Shown here piece by piece: positions 1-13,816 of a stretch of DNA of 64,000 nt. This stretch comes from Pseudothermotoga sp. GTDB lineage: Bacteria; Thermotogota; Thermotogae; Thermotogales; DSM-5069. The position numbers and the translations under genes are program-made. Under the pieces are notes generated by a model. The model did no database searches. It was not told the origin of the DNA and worked only from the letters and a program-made list of their open reading frames with translations. Where the stretch lies: NCBI GenBank assembly GCA_031962025.1, contig JAVRKW010000009.1; one strand, written 5' to 3'. The stretch's first letter is position 1; the number at the start of each line of letters is the position of its first letter.

Positions 1-152
1 TCATGCAGCACACGCTTTCAAATGCCAAAACCTGATGCACAAACTTTTTTGCCAGATTGATCTGATGCCAGTGGCATTTCGGCATAACTGTGAAGACAAA
101 AACGCATAGATTTGTATAAAGTCTTGCACACTGATAATATGTTTGCTATTAA

Positions 153-191
153 AAAATCACCTCTGACAAGAAAATCGCCAGAGGTGATTTT
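153..191 (-). terminator. Intrinsic terminator downstream of the GntP permease
   Basis: 13-bp inverted repeat AAAATCACCTCTG...CAGAGGTGATTTT with a T-run on the minus strand, 28 bp after the stop codon. Confidence 0.75.
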
Positions 192-218
192 ATTTACTAC
201 CAGTTCAAAAAGTGAATC

Positions 219-1562
219 TCACAAAACGGCAAGACTTATCAGCCAGACAACTACAGCGGCAGTAAAGCCTTCGATCAGCGTACCAAAGGTTTGCAGTCTG
301 TAGCCTGTCTTGACATCCATTTTCGAAAATTGTGTCACGACCCAGAAGTAGCTATCGTTAGCGTGGGAAACAACCATAGACCCTGCACCGATCGCAACGA
401 CAGCGAGTGCCTTAGCCGTGGTAGAAGTTAATCCAAGCGGTCCCATGAGCGGAGCAAGCAAAGATGCAGTTGTGATTATCGCAACGGTTGAAGAACCCTG
501 TGCCGTTTTTATTGCAGCTGCAATAATGAACGGCAGCCACATTCCAAGATTCGCTTTTGCAAGGTTTTGCCCTATTATATTGGCAATGCCAGAATTTTGA
601 AGTACCTTTCCAAAAGCACCACCAGCGGCGGTTATGAGAATTATAATTCCCGCGTTCAATACAGCTTGTCCAACCCATCCGCTCATCGAGAGCATTTCTT
701 TGTCCAATTTTTTCGGCAGCAGGAAAGCTATGAGAACACCTATTATCAATGCAGTTACAGGATTTCCTATGAATCCTATGAAGTTTCTGAATCCACCATC
801 ACCAAAAGGTTTTGTTGGAAAATCAGAGATGGATTTCAATACGATTAAAATTATCGGGATGATTATGGGCATGAATGCCGAAGCAGCACCAGGGGCTTCT
901 TTCATTTTTTTGCTTATTTCTTCCTCTGTCAGTTCTGGGTCTGGATCTATTTTTATCTTGGAGCCAAATTTCATAGCAAAGAACCAGCCAACAAGCATTG
1001 CAGGTATCGATACGAGCAAGCCCCAGAGTATGACAACACCCAGATCAGCGTTGAGAATACCCGCCGCGGCAACAGGTCCGGGAGTCGGTGGTACCATCGT
1101 ATGGGTTGCATACAGACCGAGGCTCAAAGAAATTGCGGTGATCGACAAACTCAACCCGGCTCTTTTCGTTAGAGCTTTGTTCAACGGATTGATGATGACA
1201 AAGCCAGAATCGCAAAAAACCGGTATTGAAACTATATAGCCGATAATGCTCATCGCCAGTGGTACGTTTTTTCTGCCTGTCAATTTTAAGATTGACTCAG
1301 CCATAGTGAATGCTCCGCCAGATTTTTCCAGGAAAAATCCTATGATTGTACCGGCGACGATCACAATACCGATGGAACTGACCGTGCCACCAAATCCTGC
1401 GGTGATTGAAGAAACCACATCTGAAAGTTTCATCCCTGAAAGTAATCCATAGATAAATGCGGCAAAAATCAGGGCAAGAAAAGGATGCAGTTTCCATCGA
1501 ACCGTAGAGATAACGATGAACAGAATCGCCAAAAACAGCAAAACCACTGACCAGATTGCCAC
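219..1562 (-). CDS. GntP family permease (gluconate/sugar-acid:H+ symporter)
   Basis: 447 aa, very hydrophobic; family motifs KLHPFLAL, PVFCDSGF, PPTPGP, AQGSSTVA, SHANDSYFW. Confidence 0.9.
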   Translation of the reverse strand: MAIWSVVLLFLAILFIVISTVRWKLHPFLALIFAAFIYGLLSGMKLSDVVSSITAGFGGTVSSIGIVIVAGTIIGFFLEKSGGAFTMAESILKLTGRKNVPLAMSIIGYIVSIPVFCDSGFVIINPLNKALTKRAGLSLSITAISLSLGLYATHTMVPPTPGPVAAAGILNADLGVVILWGLLVSIPAMLVGWFFAMKFGSKIKIDPDPELTEEEISKKMKEAPGAASAFMPIIIPIILIVLKSISDFPTKPFGDGGFRNFIGFIGNPVTALIIGVLIAFLLPKKLDKEMLSMSGWVGQAVLNAGIIILITAAGGAFGKVLQNSGIANIIGQNLAKANLGMWLPFIIAAAIKTAQGSSTVAIITTASLLAPLMGPLGLTSTTAKALAVVAIGAGSMVVSHANDSYFWVVTQFSKMDVKTGYRLQTFGTLIEGFTAAVVVWLISLAVL

Positions 1563-1623
1563 AGCTTCATACCTCCTCTAAAAAATATGAGCTGAATTAA
1601 TTATACAAGTTCTTCCTTAACTC

Positions 1624-1652
1624 TTGAAAGGCTTTTCTCAAAGTCGTATAAT
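1624..1652 (+). promoter_or_regulatory. sigma70-type promoter for glyQS
   Basis: TTGAAA-17 bp-TATAAT just upstream of the glyQ RBS (GGAGGTG). Confidence 0.75.
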
Positions 1653-1675
1653 GAGCATGAAATGGAGGTGTTTGG

Positions 1676-2521
1676 ATGTATCTACAGGAAGTAATAGAGA
1701 GACTTAACAGTTACTGGGCAAATGTAGGATGTATGATAGATCAACCGTACGATATGGAAGTGGGAGCTGGCACTTTCCATCCGTCTACTTTTTTTGGATC
1801 TTTGCGAGAAGGCGAATGGAAAGTGGCGTTTGTTCAGCCAAGCCGTAGACCAGCCGATGGTAGATACGGTGAAAATCCTAATCGCCTTCAAAGGTATTTT
1901 CAATACCAGGTTATTATAAAACCATCACCAGAAGATTCACAGAAACTGTATCTTGATTCCTTACGTGCTTTGAACATAGATCTGAGCGAACACGATGTCA
2001 GATTCATAGAGGACAACTGGGAATCACCAACGCTGGGTGCGTGGGGAGTAGGCTGGGAAGTATGGCTTGACGGCATGGAAATAACGCAGTTCACCTATTT
2101 TCAGCAAATCGGCGGTATTCCTCTCAAATCAATTCCTCTTGAGATAACATACGGTATCGAGAGAATAGCGATGTATCTTCAGGGGAAAAACAACATATTC
2201 GATGTGATGTGGAACGAAAAGATTTCTTATGGCAATATCTATCTGGAGAACGAAAGACAATTTTCCAGGTACAATTTTGAACTTTCAAATCCACAGAGCC
2301 TTTTTCAGTTATACGATATTTATTCTATGGAATTTGAGAATCAGATCAACAATGGAAATTATCTTGTGGCGTACGATTATATGATCAAATGCTCTCATAC
2401 CTTTAATTTGCTGGATGCAAGAAATGCCATAAGTGTGGCTCAAAGACAGCAATATATAAGATCCATCAGGACTATGGCAAAACGCTGTGCGGAAGCCTTT
2501 CTGGGAGGTCAATCGAAATGA
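1676..2521 (+). CDS. glyQ: Glycine--tRNA ligase alpha subunit
   Basis: [46 protein letters not shown] motifs. Confidence 0.98.
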   Translation: MYLQEVIERLNSYWANVGCMIDQPYDMEVGAGTFHPSTFFGSLREGEWKVAFVQPSRRPADGRYGENPNRLQRYFQYQVIIKPSPEDSQKLYLDSLRALNIDLSEHDVRFIEDNWESPTLGAWGVGWEVWLDGMEITQFTYFQQIGGIPLKSIPLEITYGIERIAMYLQGKNNIFDVMWNEKISYGNIYLENERQFSRYNFELSNPQSLFQLYDIYSMEFENQINNGNYLVAYDYMIKCSHTFNLLDARNAISVAQRQQYIRSIRTMAKRCAEAFLGGQSK

Positions 2522-4533
2522 CAAACAACGCGTTGCTTGAAGTGGGTGTTGAAGAATTACCGGCAAGTGAAATTGACCAGATAAAACAGCAGTTGAAAGA
2601 ATTATCGGAAAATTTTCTTAAAGAGGCTAAGATCGATTATCAGAATTTGCTTTGTTTTGTAACAAACCGCAGAATATGTGTGCTGATACAAAATCTTTCT
2701 GATAAACAGCAGGACATGGTCGTTGTGAAAAAAGGTCCTTCCGAGAAAGTTGCCTTCTCTGATGGTAAACCTACAAAGGCTCTGCTCGGTTTTCTGGCAG
2801 CCAATCAAGCATCTCAGGATGATATTTTTATTCAAGAAGGGTATGTCTATCTGAGAAAAAAACTTCAGGGAAAAAGTTCACAGGAAATTTTGCCGGAGAT
2901 CTTCAAGCGTGTGGTCCTTTCACTCAGATTCACCAAGCCAATGAAATGGGCAAATGGAGAATACGAATTCATACGCCCTGTGAAGTGGATTTTATGTATA
3001 TACAACGATCAGGTTCTTGAATTTGAACTGTTCGGTGTGAAATCATCAAATACAACTCGCTCGCATCCATACATAGCAAAACAGATCAAGATCGAAAAGC
3101 CACAGGACTACATATCCACTCTCAGGGATCATTTTGTAATCGTCGACGAAGCAGAACGAGTGCAAAAGATAAAACAACAGCTCGATGAGCTTGAAATGCA
3201 AAATGGTTTCAAATGCGATAAAGAAGAAAAAATGATCGATAAGATTTCAAAGATCACAGAATGGCCTGTTGCAATAGTGGGAACTTTTAAACAGCAGTAT
3301 CTCAATTTGCCTTCTGAGTTGATAACCGTTACCATAAAACACCACCTGAGTGCCTTTACAACCACAAAAGACGGCAAAATCACCACATCTTTTGTTGCAT
3401 TTTTGGACAGACCGCATGGAGATTTTTCCAAAATCATTCAGGGGTATCAGAATGTCGTCAATGCTCGTCTTGAGGATGCTCACTATTACTTTGAAATAGA
3501 CAAAAGATACAAACTCGAAGACTTCAACGACAAACTCAAAGAGATGGTTTTTCAAAAAGAACTTGGAACTTTGTTCGACAAAGTAAAGCGAATCGAACAG
3601 ATCAGTATGTACATCGCTGAAAAAGTCGGTCTGAAAGATATGCTGGAAAAAATTCGACGAGCGGCTGTATTATCCAAGGCTGATATCGCATCACATGTCG
3701 TTTACGAGTTCCCGGAATTGCAGGGAGTTATGGGAAGGATCTATGCAATTTTGAACGGTGAAGATAGCCAGGTTGCACATGCCATAGAAGAACAGTATTC
3801 AGATCAGTTGCAAACAAAGATCGGTGCAATCATAGGTATTTCTGACAGAATTGACACCATCGTTGGGAATCTCGCAGTTGGGAATATTCCGAGCGGTTCA
3901 AAAGATCCATTTGGCTTGAGAACCAAGATGGATACGATTTTACGGGCTGTTGTGTTTCAAAAATGGGATATAGACCTATATGATCTACTGTCCATGGCAC
4001 TGAAGCTTTTGAACATGCAGTGCGGCGAACAGATAATCGAGAGTTTTGTGAGTTCAAGATATTACGCATTCTTGACAGGTGAAGGTCTCACTTACGATGT
4101 CGCAAGAGCCGTTAACCATTTGTGGAGAAAACCGCTCAGAGGATTCCTCTCTGCAAAAGCGATATCGAAGATGATGAACACCGAGGACTTCAACAAACTG
4201 TGCGTCGGTTTTGAGAGGGTTCACAATATCACAAAAAATTACACAGATACAACCTTCGATGGAGCTCTATTTGAAAAAGAAGCCGAAATATCTTTGCTGA
4301 ACCAGTTCTTACATGCAAAATCCGTTGTCATGGAGAGCTTGAAAGAACTGGATTACGAAAGGGCTGTGAATTCACTCATCTCTTTAAAGCCTTACATTGA
4401 CAATTATTTTGACCAGGTCTTTGTCATGTCAGAACGGGAAGATATAAGAAGAAACAGGCTCGGTTTTCTAAAAAGTATCGACGCACTGTTTATGCAAATA
4501 GGTGATCTGACCCATTTAGTGAAAAGAGAATAA
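2518..4533 (+). CDS. glyS: Glycine--tRNA ligase beta subunit
   Basis: [44 protein letters not shown] overlap with glyQ. Confidence 0.97.
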   Translation: MTNNALLEVGVEELPASEIDQIKQQLKELSENFLKEAKIDYQNLLCFVTNRRICVLIQNLSDKQQDMVVVKKGPSEKVAFSDGKPTKALLGFLAANQASQDDIFIQEGYVYLRKKLQGKSSQEILPEIFKRVVLSLRFTKPMKWANGEYEFIRPVKWILCIYNDQVLEFELFGVKSSNTTRSHPYIAKQIKIEKPQDYISTLRDHFVIVDEAERVQKIKQQLDELEMQNGFKCDKEEKMIDKISKITEWPVAIVGTFKQQYLNLPSELITVTIKHHLSAFTTTKDGKITTSFVAFLDRPHGDFSKIIQGYQNVVNARLEDAHYYFEIDKRYKLEDFNDKLKEMVFQKELGTLFDKVKRIEQISMYIAEKVGLKDMLEKIRRAAVLSKADIASHVVYEFPELQGVMGRIYAILNGEDSQVAHAIEEQYSDQLQTKIGAIIGISDRIDTIVGNLAVGNIPSGSKDPFGLRTKMDTILRAVVFQKWDIDLYDLLSMALKLLNMQCGEQIIESFVSSRYYAFLTGEGLTYDVARAVNHLWRKPLRGFLSAKAISKMMNTEDFNKLCVGFERVHNITKNYTDTTFDGALFEKEAEISLLNQFLHAKSVVMESLKELDYERAVNSLISLKPYIDNYFDQVFVMSEREDIRRNRLGFLKSIDALFMQIGDLTHLVKRE

Positions 4534-4550
4534 GGGCATCTGCCCTTATT
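4529..4550. terminator. Hairpin between convergent glyS and guaB
   Basis: AATAAGGGCA-TC-TGCCCTTATT perfect inverted repeat. Confidence 0.65.
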
Positions 4551-4555
4551 CATTT

Positions 4556-6091
<1,536 letters not shown>

Positions 6092-6093
6092 TT

Positions 6094-6363
6094 ATGCCAG
6101 CACTTTTCATAAAGATCTACGGACATGTACAGGGTGTCGGGTTCAGGTATTTTGCCTATAAAATAGCAAGGAGAATGGGTATTAAAGGTTATGTGAAAAA
6201 TGCCGACGATGGCTCAGTCGAGATTCATGCCCAGGGTGATGAAAACACGCTTGCCGAATTCATAAACCAAGTGAGCAGAGGACCAGCTTCAGCAGTTGTG
6301 ACCAGTGTGCAATACACAGAAGTAGATGAGCAGAATTTCCAAACCTTTGAAATCGTCCATTGA
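6094..6363 (+). CDS. acyP: Acylphosphatase
   Basis: GHVQGVGFR and GYVKNADDGSVE signatures. Confidence 0.95.
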   Translation: MPALFIKIYGHVQGVGFRYFAYKIARRMGIKGYVKNADDGSVEIHAQGDENTLAEFINQVSRGPASAVVTSVQYTEVDEQNFQTFEIVH

Positions 6364-6377
6364 AAAGGAGGAAAAAG

Positions 6378-6989
6378 ATGTTCATATCTTTTGAAGGAAT
6401 CGACGGCAGCGGAAAAGGTACTCAGGTAAGGCTCTTTTTGAAGTATCTACAGCAAAGAAAACTTCCATATGTGTGTGTGAGAGAACCCGGTGGAACAAAG
6501 GTAGGTGAAATGATAAGAAAATTGCTTTTAAAAGACCAGTCCATCTCGATTCTTCCAAAAGCAGAACTTTTATTGTTTTTAGCGAGCAGAGCTCAATTGG
6601 TATCCCAGATAATATTACCAGCTCTGTCAGAAAACAAAATCGTCGTGGCAGACCGATTCATAGATTCAAGTGTTGCTTATCAGGGTGCGGGGAGAAATAT
6701 TGGACTAAAAGAAGTCGAAAAACTGAATGATTTTGCAACAGGCGGATTGAAGCCTGATCTCACATTTTACATAGATATCACAGTTGAGACTTCGGTGAAA
6801 AGAAAAAAAGCCTTTGATAGAATTGAATCAGAAGGATATGAATTTCTAAAAATCGTGAGAAATGCTTATCTTGATCTGGCAAGCAGGTACGCTGACAGAA
6901 TAGTTGTAATAGACGGTGAAAGAACCATTGAGCAAATCCACAGGCAGATCGTTGAGATTTTCGAGGAACGGGGTGGAAACAAAATATGA
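6378..6989 (+). CDS. tmk: Thymidylate kinase
   Basis: FISFEGIDGSGKGTQ, REPGG, DRFIDSSVAYQG; ATG at 6378 after AGGAGG. Confidence 0.96.
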   Translation: MFISFEGIDGSGKGTQVRLFLKYLQQRKLPYVCVREPGGTKVGEMIRKLLLKDQSISILPKAELLLFLASRAQLVSQIILPALSENKIVVADRFIDSSVAYQGAGRNIGLKEVEKLNDFATGGLKPDLTFYIDITVETSVKRKKAFDRIESEGYEFLKIVRNAYLDLASRYADRIVVIDGERTIEQIHRQIVEIFEERGGNKI

Positions 6990-8098
6990 AGCAGCTTTCA
7001 AGACTCATTCTGACAGATCTGAAACGCATTTTCAAAAATCGCTTATCCATCCTTACAATCATCATGGTACCAGTACTGGTGATACTCTTAACCACGATCT
7101 TGTTCAACAGCTACAGTTTATTCCGCGCTCGAATCGGCATAGTCAATCAGGACAGTGATCCACTCTCGCGGTTCACAGTGGGTATAGTCATGTCTCTTTT
7201 CAAAGGAAGTACCATATCATACGCCGGCTCTGATTATGAAAACAGATTGATGAACGGTGAATACAACGCCATTGTGATTATACCCAAAGACTTTTCAAAG
7301 GACCTGTATGCGGCAAAGCAGACCACCATAAGCTTCATACCAAGTCCGGTGGATCTGCAGGTTTCATCAATCATGTACCAGCTTTTCAAATCGATGTTCG
7401 AAGATTTGCAGGGAAGTCCGTTTTTCGATCCGCAGGTGATCAGATATCTATTTGCTTCTTCTGGCTATCCTGCACCCAAATTGGTAATGAGTGAGAAGGA
7501 AGAACTACTCAGTTTCAAATCTCTGTTGACTCCCATTGCCATTTTTCTCTCGGCTGCCTTTGTGGTAATTGCGCTGTCGAGCGGTTCAACTGTTTCTGAA
7601 AAAGAGAGTGGCTTGATAGATATATACCTTTCAACCAATCTGAGCCATATATCCTACACTGTCTCAAAGATTTTTTCTTATACAATCCTTGGCATAATAG
7701 AATCTCTCATCGCGTGCATTTTGTTTATCCTGCTAAAAGTTCATCTTCCAGTAGGACTGCTCACTATACTGATTATTTTGAATTCTTTTTTCCATGCCTG
7801 TGTGGGTATCATACTCTCTTATTTAGCCACGAACACGCAGACGGCAAATCTCTTTGGTCTGAGTGTTGTTGTCATATCGTTTTTTCTCAGTGGCATGATA
7901 GTACCTATAAGTTCTATGCCAAACATAGTTCAAACCGTTTCAAAGTACTTTCCGCTGTTCTTAACAAATTACATTCTCAGAAAAACACAGATCTACGGTC
8001 TGTTTTCGATGAATGAGATAAAAGTCATGCTGATCTGTTCAACGATAGTCTTTTTCTTAGCACTGATTTCAGGAATTTCATATTTCAAAAGAAGGTGA
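6986..8098 (+). CDS. ABC-2 type transporter permease
   Basis: N-terminal TM, extracytoplasmic domain, EKESG motif, about 5 C-terminal TMs with FLSG..P...MP. Confidence 0.8.
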   Translation: MKQLSRLILTDLKRIFKNRLSILTIIMVPVLVILLTTILFNSYSLFRARIGIVNQDSDPLSRFTVGIVMSLFKGSTISYAGSDYENRLMNGEYNAIVIIPKDFSKDLYAAKQTTISFIPSPVDLQVSSIMYQLFKSMFEDLQGSPFFDPQVIRYLFASSGYPAPKLVMSEKEELLSFKSLLTPIAIFLSAAFVVIALSSGSTVSEKESGLIDIYLSTNLSHISYTVSKIFSYTILGIIESLIACILFILLKVHLPVGLLTILIILNSFFHACVGIILSYLATNTQTANLFGLSVVVISFFLSGMIVPISSMPNIVQTVSKYFPLFLTNYILRKTQIYGLFSMNEIKVMLICSTIVFFLALISGISYFKRR

Positions 8099-8103
8099 AT
8101 GCT

Positions 8104-8658
8104 ATGAAAGTGTTAATTGTTTCAGATACGCATGGTTCAATCACAAGCTGGAATAAAATTGAAAAAATGTTTGGATCAGTCAATGAAATCTTTCACCTTG
8201 GAGATGTGCTCTATCACGGACCAAGAAATCCTTTGCCAGACGGTTACAATCCGGCTGAACTTGCAAGTGTCTTGAAAGCAAAAGCAAATATATCCTATGT
8301 TAGAGGAAACTGCGATGCAGATGTTGATCTAATGGTTCTTGAAAAAGAAGATATGCCCAAGATAATGTCATTGACTGTGGAAAACAAAAAGATGGTTTTA
8401 CTACACGGAGAAAACATCAAAAACGACAATCAGATTCTCGAATTGATCGAAAGATACAATGCCGATGTCTTTGTTTACGGGCATTTTCACATCCCAAGAC
8501 TTGAAATAGTTCGATCCAAAGTCATTCTCAACCCCGGTAGCCCTTCTCTTCCAAAAATGAACCACCCACCGACATGTGCACTGATCGAATTTTCATCGAA
8601 TTTAAAGATATCCATTTACACAATAGATGGAAAGCTTTACAGGGAGATGTCTCTATGA
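8104..8658 (+). CDS. yfcE: YfcE/MJ0936 family metallophosphodiesterase
   Basis: SDTHG, GDVLYHGPRNPLP, VRGNCD, GHFH, NPGS motifs. Confidence 0.9.
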   Translation: MKVLIVSDTHGSITSWNKIEKMFGSVNEIFHLGDVLYHGPRNPLPDGYNPAELASVLKAKANISYVRGNCDADVDLMVLEKEDMPKIMSLTVENKKMVLLHGENIKNDNQILELIERYNADVFVYGHFHIPRLEIVRSKVILNPGSPSLPKMNHPPTCALIEFSSNLKISIYTIDGKLYREMSL

Positions 8659-9626
8659 TAGATTTTTCAACGATAATTGAAGAACTCAATCCAAAAGTTG
8701 AAACAGTTAGAAATGAAGGTACCATGTTGCCGCCAGATATAGATTATGCTGAATCAGCCCAAATCGTGGAAGAAGATATCATCAAAGATGCACCCTGCTG
8801 TCAGACAATGGTTTTTGTAGACAGCAGAAGAAGAACCTTTGAATCGATAAATGTTCTTGGATATAACATGCTGCTCAGTCAGATTGTCACAGGTGCGGTC
8901 ATCTTAGAAAATGGAAAATGTACGACACTTTTTTCACCAGAAAAAGGACCAGAATCGAAATTGGTTCTTGCAGTACCAGATGCACTGGCACAGATAATCA
9001 ATCTTCAGGAGAAAAAGGTGAAAATCGGCGAACTTATTTGCGAAGTTGCAACTGGCAGGGATGCAAAATCCGCACTGGATTCCTATATGCAACAGCTTGA
9101 ACGTGATGAAGTCTCTAAATACATCGATGATTTTTTGACAATCAAGGATGGCAGTATAGATTTTGCAACACCTTCTTTCCGTGCGGCACGAGGTCCTGTG
9201 GGACTGGTCAAAAACGTGCAAAAAGCCTTTGTGAGTTTAGAGGTTTTCAAGAGCTATGGTTTGATGAAAAAAACTCAAAGATCAAGATGTATTCTTACGA
9301 ACCCCATTGGCAACAATAATCTTTTGAGGATAATGTCTTATTTGAAACTGGTCAACACTGCTGGCTTAAAAGGTCTCGTGCGTATCGAAACAGTGATTGA
9401 AGAGGACAGGTTTGAAAAAGAAAAATACGATATCTTCGAAGTTTTCAACCAGCTTGCTTCAAGTCTGCCTTCGCTGGTAGATGACCTTTCATTGATCCCA
9501 AGAACTCCTGAAGATACACTGCCGATTATTTTTCTGGAGCGCTACTTGGATAGATATTTCTACAATCATTCTTATATACGCTGCAACCTTGCCGAAACCT
9601 TAAAAGGAAGGGGGACAATGATTTGA
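8655..9626 (+). CDS. nurA: NurA-domain nuclease (bacterial type)
   Basis: FVDSRRR, KDGS, GLVK, GLVRIE, PR.P....PI..LE pattern as in bacterial NurA; ATGA overlap at 8655. Confidence 0.6.
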   Translation: MIDFSTIIEELNPKVETVRNEGTMLPPDIDYAESAQIVEEDIIKDAPCCQTMVFVDSRRRTFESINVLGYNMLLSQIVTGAVILENGKCTTLFSPEKGPESKLVLAVPDALAQIINLQEKKVKIGELICEVATGRDAKSALDSYMQQLERDEVSKYIDDFLTIKDGSIDFATPSFRAARGPVGLVKNVQKAFVSLEVFKSYGLMKKTQRSRCILTNPIGNNNLLRIMSYLKLVNTAGLKGLVRIETVIEEDRFEKEKYDIFEVFNQLASSLPSLVDDLSLIPRTPEDTLPIIFLERYLDRYFYNHSYIRCNLAETLKGRGTMI

Positions 9627-10759
9627 AAGGATTTTCCACAAGATCAATTCATGTCGGGGAGATTCACCAGCTTGATTCGATTACCACTCCGATCTTTCAA
9701 ACCGCCAATTTTCTGATGAACCCATCCAAGTACAAAGTGGATAGCCGTGATAACTATATTTATTCGAGAATTTCAAATCCAACTGTGAGAGCTCTGGAAC
9801 AGAAACTTTCAAATCTGTGCGGAGCAAAGGAAGGTATTCTGTTTTCATCTGGTATGGGTGCAATTACCTGTTCGCTTTTGTCAGTTCTTTCCCAAAAAGA
9901 CAGGGCTATTTTCTTAACTGAACTCTATGGTGGTACATACAGCCTGGTTCAAAAGATTTTACCACAGCTTGGTATTCAATGCGAATTTTTCTCAGTAGAT
10001 GATATATCAAATATTTCAATCAATGGAGCAAAAGTCGTTTACGTTGAATCGCTGACCAATCCACTTTTGAAATTGACAGATGTGGAGTTTCTGGCGAAAA
10101 TTGCACACAAGAACGGTGCTTTACTTTTTGTAGATAACACCTTTTTGTCTCCATACAATTTCAGATCCCTTGAATTTGGTGCAGATTTAGAGATACACAG
10201 TGCTACAAAATACATAAACGGTCATTCAGATGTGATCATGGGATTTGTAGCAAGTAAAAATGAGGATCTGATCAATAAAATCTGGCAGAAGATGTACACC
10301 CTTGGTTTCAACCCCGATCCTTTCCAAGCCTATTTGGTGTCAAGATCGGTTAAGACTCTCGCACTGAGAATGGAAAGGCACAATTACAATGCCCGGCAGG
10401 TAGCTCAATTTCTATCAAATCACGAAAAAATAGTCGAAGTTAGATACCCCACCTTGTACAAAGATATTCCAGAATGTTATAAAAGCTGTCCTGGTTTTGG
10501 AGCAGTTGTCTACTGTGACCTTTTGACACAGAAGAACGCACTGAAATTCGTTGAAAATCTCAAAATATTCAAGCAGGCAACTTCACTTGCCGGAGTGGAA
10601 TCTCTGGTAACTATTCCGTCTCTGACCTCACATGCATCTCTGAACGACGAAGAACTGAAAAAAGCAGGCATTTCAAAAGGTGGAGTTAGAATTTCTGTGG
10701 GTATAGAGGATCTGCAGGATCTGATAGAAGATCTAAAACAAGCCCTGGAGAAAATTTAA
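9623..10759 (+). CDS. PLP-dependent Cys/Met metabolism enzyme (cystathionine gamma-synthase/lyase family)
   Basis: YSRISNPT, FSSGMGAI, VDNTF, HSATKYINGHSD (PLP lysine), SLAGVESL, RISVGIED. Confidence 0.92.
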   Translation: MKGFSTRSIHVGEIHQLDSITTPIFQTANFLMNPSKYKVDSRDNYIYSRISNPTVRALEQKLSNLCGAKEGILFSSGMGAITCSLLSVLSQKDRAIFLTELYGGTYSLVQKILPQLGIQCEFFSVDDISNISINGAKVVYVESLTNPLLKLTDVEFLAKIAHKNGALLFVDNTFLSPYNFRSLEFGADLEIHSATKYINGHSDVIMGFVASKNEDLINKIWQKMYTLGFNPDPFQAYLVSRSVKTLALRMERHNYNARQVAQFLSNHEKIVEVRYPTLYKDIPECYKSCPGFGAVVYCDLLTQKNALKFVENLKIFKQATSLAGVESLVTIPSLTSHASLNDEELKKAGISKGGVRISVGIEDLQDLIEDLKQALEKI

Positions 10760-10782
10760 GGCGCCCTGCGGCGCCTTTTTTA
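10758..10782. terminator. Terminator hairpin between the convergent PLP lyase and tsf genes
   Basis: AAGGCGCC-CTGC-GGCGCCTT followed by a T-tract. Confidence 0.75.
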
Positions 10783-11376
10783 TTCTACACCAACCTGCAT
10801 TCTGACAAACCTGGTGACCCTGATATTTTCTCTTATTTTGCCTATCAATTCGTCGATTACTTGCTTGACTGTTTTTGTGTCATCGAAAATGTATTTTTGA
10901 TCATAGAGACACACTTCTTCGTAGAATTTTTCGAGCTTACCCTGAACTATTTTTTCAAGAACAGCCTGTGGCTTGTTAGAATCCTTCAGTTGAGCAAGAT
11001 AGATCTCTTTTTCTTTTTCAACAACCTCGGCAGGTACATCCTCTCTTGTGACGTAGGTGGGATTCATCGCAGCAACGTGTTTGGCAAGGTTGTATGCAAG
11101 TTCCTTGAATTCAGGCATTCTCGCAACAAAATCTGTTTCACAGCCCAGTTCAAGCAGAACACCTATTTTATCGTTGAAATGAATATAAGAAGTCACTACT
11201 CCTTCCTTGGTTGCCCTTCCAGCTTTCTTCTGAGCAACAGCGGCTCCACGTTTTCTGAGTATCTCAACTGCTTTCTCAAAATCTCCCTGAGCTTCATTCA
11301 GTGCCGTCTTGCACTCCATAACTCCTGCACCTGTCATATCTCTGAGTTTTTTAACCATATCTGCACTTATCTGCAT
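10780..11376 (-). CDS. tsf: Translation elongation factor Ts (short form)
   Basis: [24 protein letters not shown]; 198 aa. Confidence 0.97.
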   Translation of the reverse strand: MQISADMVKKLRDMTGAGVMECKTALNEAQGDFEKAVEILRKRGAAVAQKKAGRATKEGVVTSYIHFNDKIGVLLELGCETDFVARMPEFKELAYNLAKHVAAMNPTYVTREDVPAEVVEKEKEIYLAQLKDSNKPQAVLEKIVQGKLEKFYEEVCLYDQKYIFDDTKTVKQVIDELIGKIRENIRVTRFVRMQVGVE

Positions 11377-11419
11377 ACAAAAACCTCCTTTTTAGTTTTG
11401 ACATATTAGCCGAGCCATA

Positions 11420-12529
<1,110 letters not shown>

Positions 12530-12533
<4 letters not shown>

Positions 12534-13381
12534 TTCAAGTCCCTCCGCCTGTACAGAAACAGACCAAAGCCCACCAGTATCATGATTGCACTGAACAATT
12601 GTGCCGTTCTCAAATTTGCCCAGTAAAGGCTGTCAAGTCTGAGCTTTTCAATACAAATTCTGCCAAGCGAGTAAAGACATAGATACAGTGAAAAAACCTC
12701 GCCAGAATTTTTCCGATATTTATTCATGAACCGGGTCAATATCAGAAAGATAAAAAGATCCCAGATGGATTCATACAAGAAAGTCGGATGAAAATAATCA
12801 AATTGTGAATAACCAAATGGTCGAAATCTGACCGGTACATACATCTTCCACGGTAAGTTCGTTGGAGCTCCAAAAGCTTCGTAATTGAAAAGATTTCCCC
12901 ATCTACCTATCGCCTGACCTAAAGGAAGGTATGCCGCACCAAGATCGAGAATTTGAAAAACACCGAAGCTGACGTTTTTTTTCAACTTGCTGTACAGGAT
13001 AAAGGTTGCTATTGCAAATAAAACAGCTCCCTGTATTGCCAATCCCCCATGCCACACCATCAAAATCTCAAGCGGATTTCTCTGATAGTACTTCCAGTTG
13101 AAAATAACATAGAAAAACCGTGCCCCTATTATTCCAAAGATCACAGCATAGAAAATGAGTTCATCAAGTTGATCCAGATTGATCTTTTGTTCTTTTGCAC
13201 TTTTTCTGGCAAGTAAATAAGAAAGAACTATTCCCAAAAGGATAAAAACAGAATAATAGCGCAGTTCAAACCTACCAAGCTTTAAAATTGTGCTTGTTAA
13301 AATCAGCTCTCCGCGGAATACCTGCATGAGAAATAACCAGCACAAAAGGAAAATTACGGCAAAAAGCAGCACCCTCAGCAT
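12530..13381 (-). CDS. lgt: Prolipoprotein diacylglyceryl transferase
   Basis: GAR..YV, WHGGLAIQG, GQAIGRWGNLFN.E, HPTFLYES. Confidence 0.95.
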
Positions 13382-13384
13382 GAG

Positions 13385-13816
13385 CTATTTCTCCAGAATG
13401 TGTTCTCTTATCTCGTTTATTTGTTTTTTGATCTTGTTGGCAGTCTTGTAATCTTCCTGCTTCAGGGCTTTCTCCAAGCGGTACTGCAGAATATATATTC
13501 TGCGCTTTGCCGCTTCATGTAAATCTTCCTGAGATATCTCGCTTTTACCAAAAAGAATCTTCAAAACAGCTACCGGAGCAACGGAGAAAACCAGTTCACC
13601 AGATGAAAGACTGTCCACGGATATCTCACCAAGATCTGTATCCTGAACAAGTTCGATGTGCCCAGCAAGATAATTCAATCCTTCTTTTGATAAACTGGGA
13701 GCTTCATTCAATTGTTTTCTCAAACAGCGCCGACAGAAAGCCACCTCTTTTACCATACCATCTGCTATGAATTTATAAATTTTTGCATCTGAATCTCCAC
13801 AAAAATCGCATTTCAC
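13385..13816 (-). CDS. McsA-like protein (CxxC zinc finger plus UVR coiled coil)
   Basis: N-terminal CDFC...CRRC, C-terminal LEKALKQEDYKTANKIKKQI. Confidence 0.65.
   Translation of the reverse strand: MKCDFCGDSDAKIYKFIADGMVKEVAFCRRCLRKQLNEAPSLSKEGLNYLAGHIELVQDTDLGEISVDSLSSGELVFSVAPVAVLKILFGKSEISQEDLHEAAKRRIYILQYRLEKALKQEDYKTANKIKKQINEIREHILEK

Noticed and set aside
1..110. Partial CDS at the left edge
   Set aside because: Too short to assign a frame or product
634..1239. 201-aa plus-strand ORF
   Set aside because: Antisense shadow of the GntP permease; no motif or RBS
1563..1675. T-box leader for glyQS
   Set aside because: The promoter lies only about 25 bp upstream of the start codon, leaving no room for a leader
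10861..11409. 182-aa plus-strand ORF
   Set aside because: Antisense to tsf; Phe-rich mirror of Lys/Glu codons
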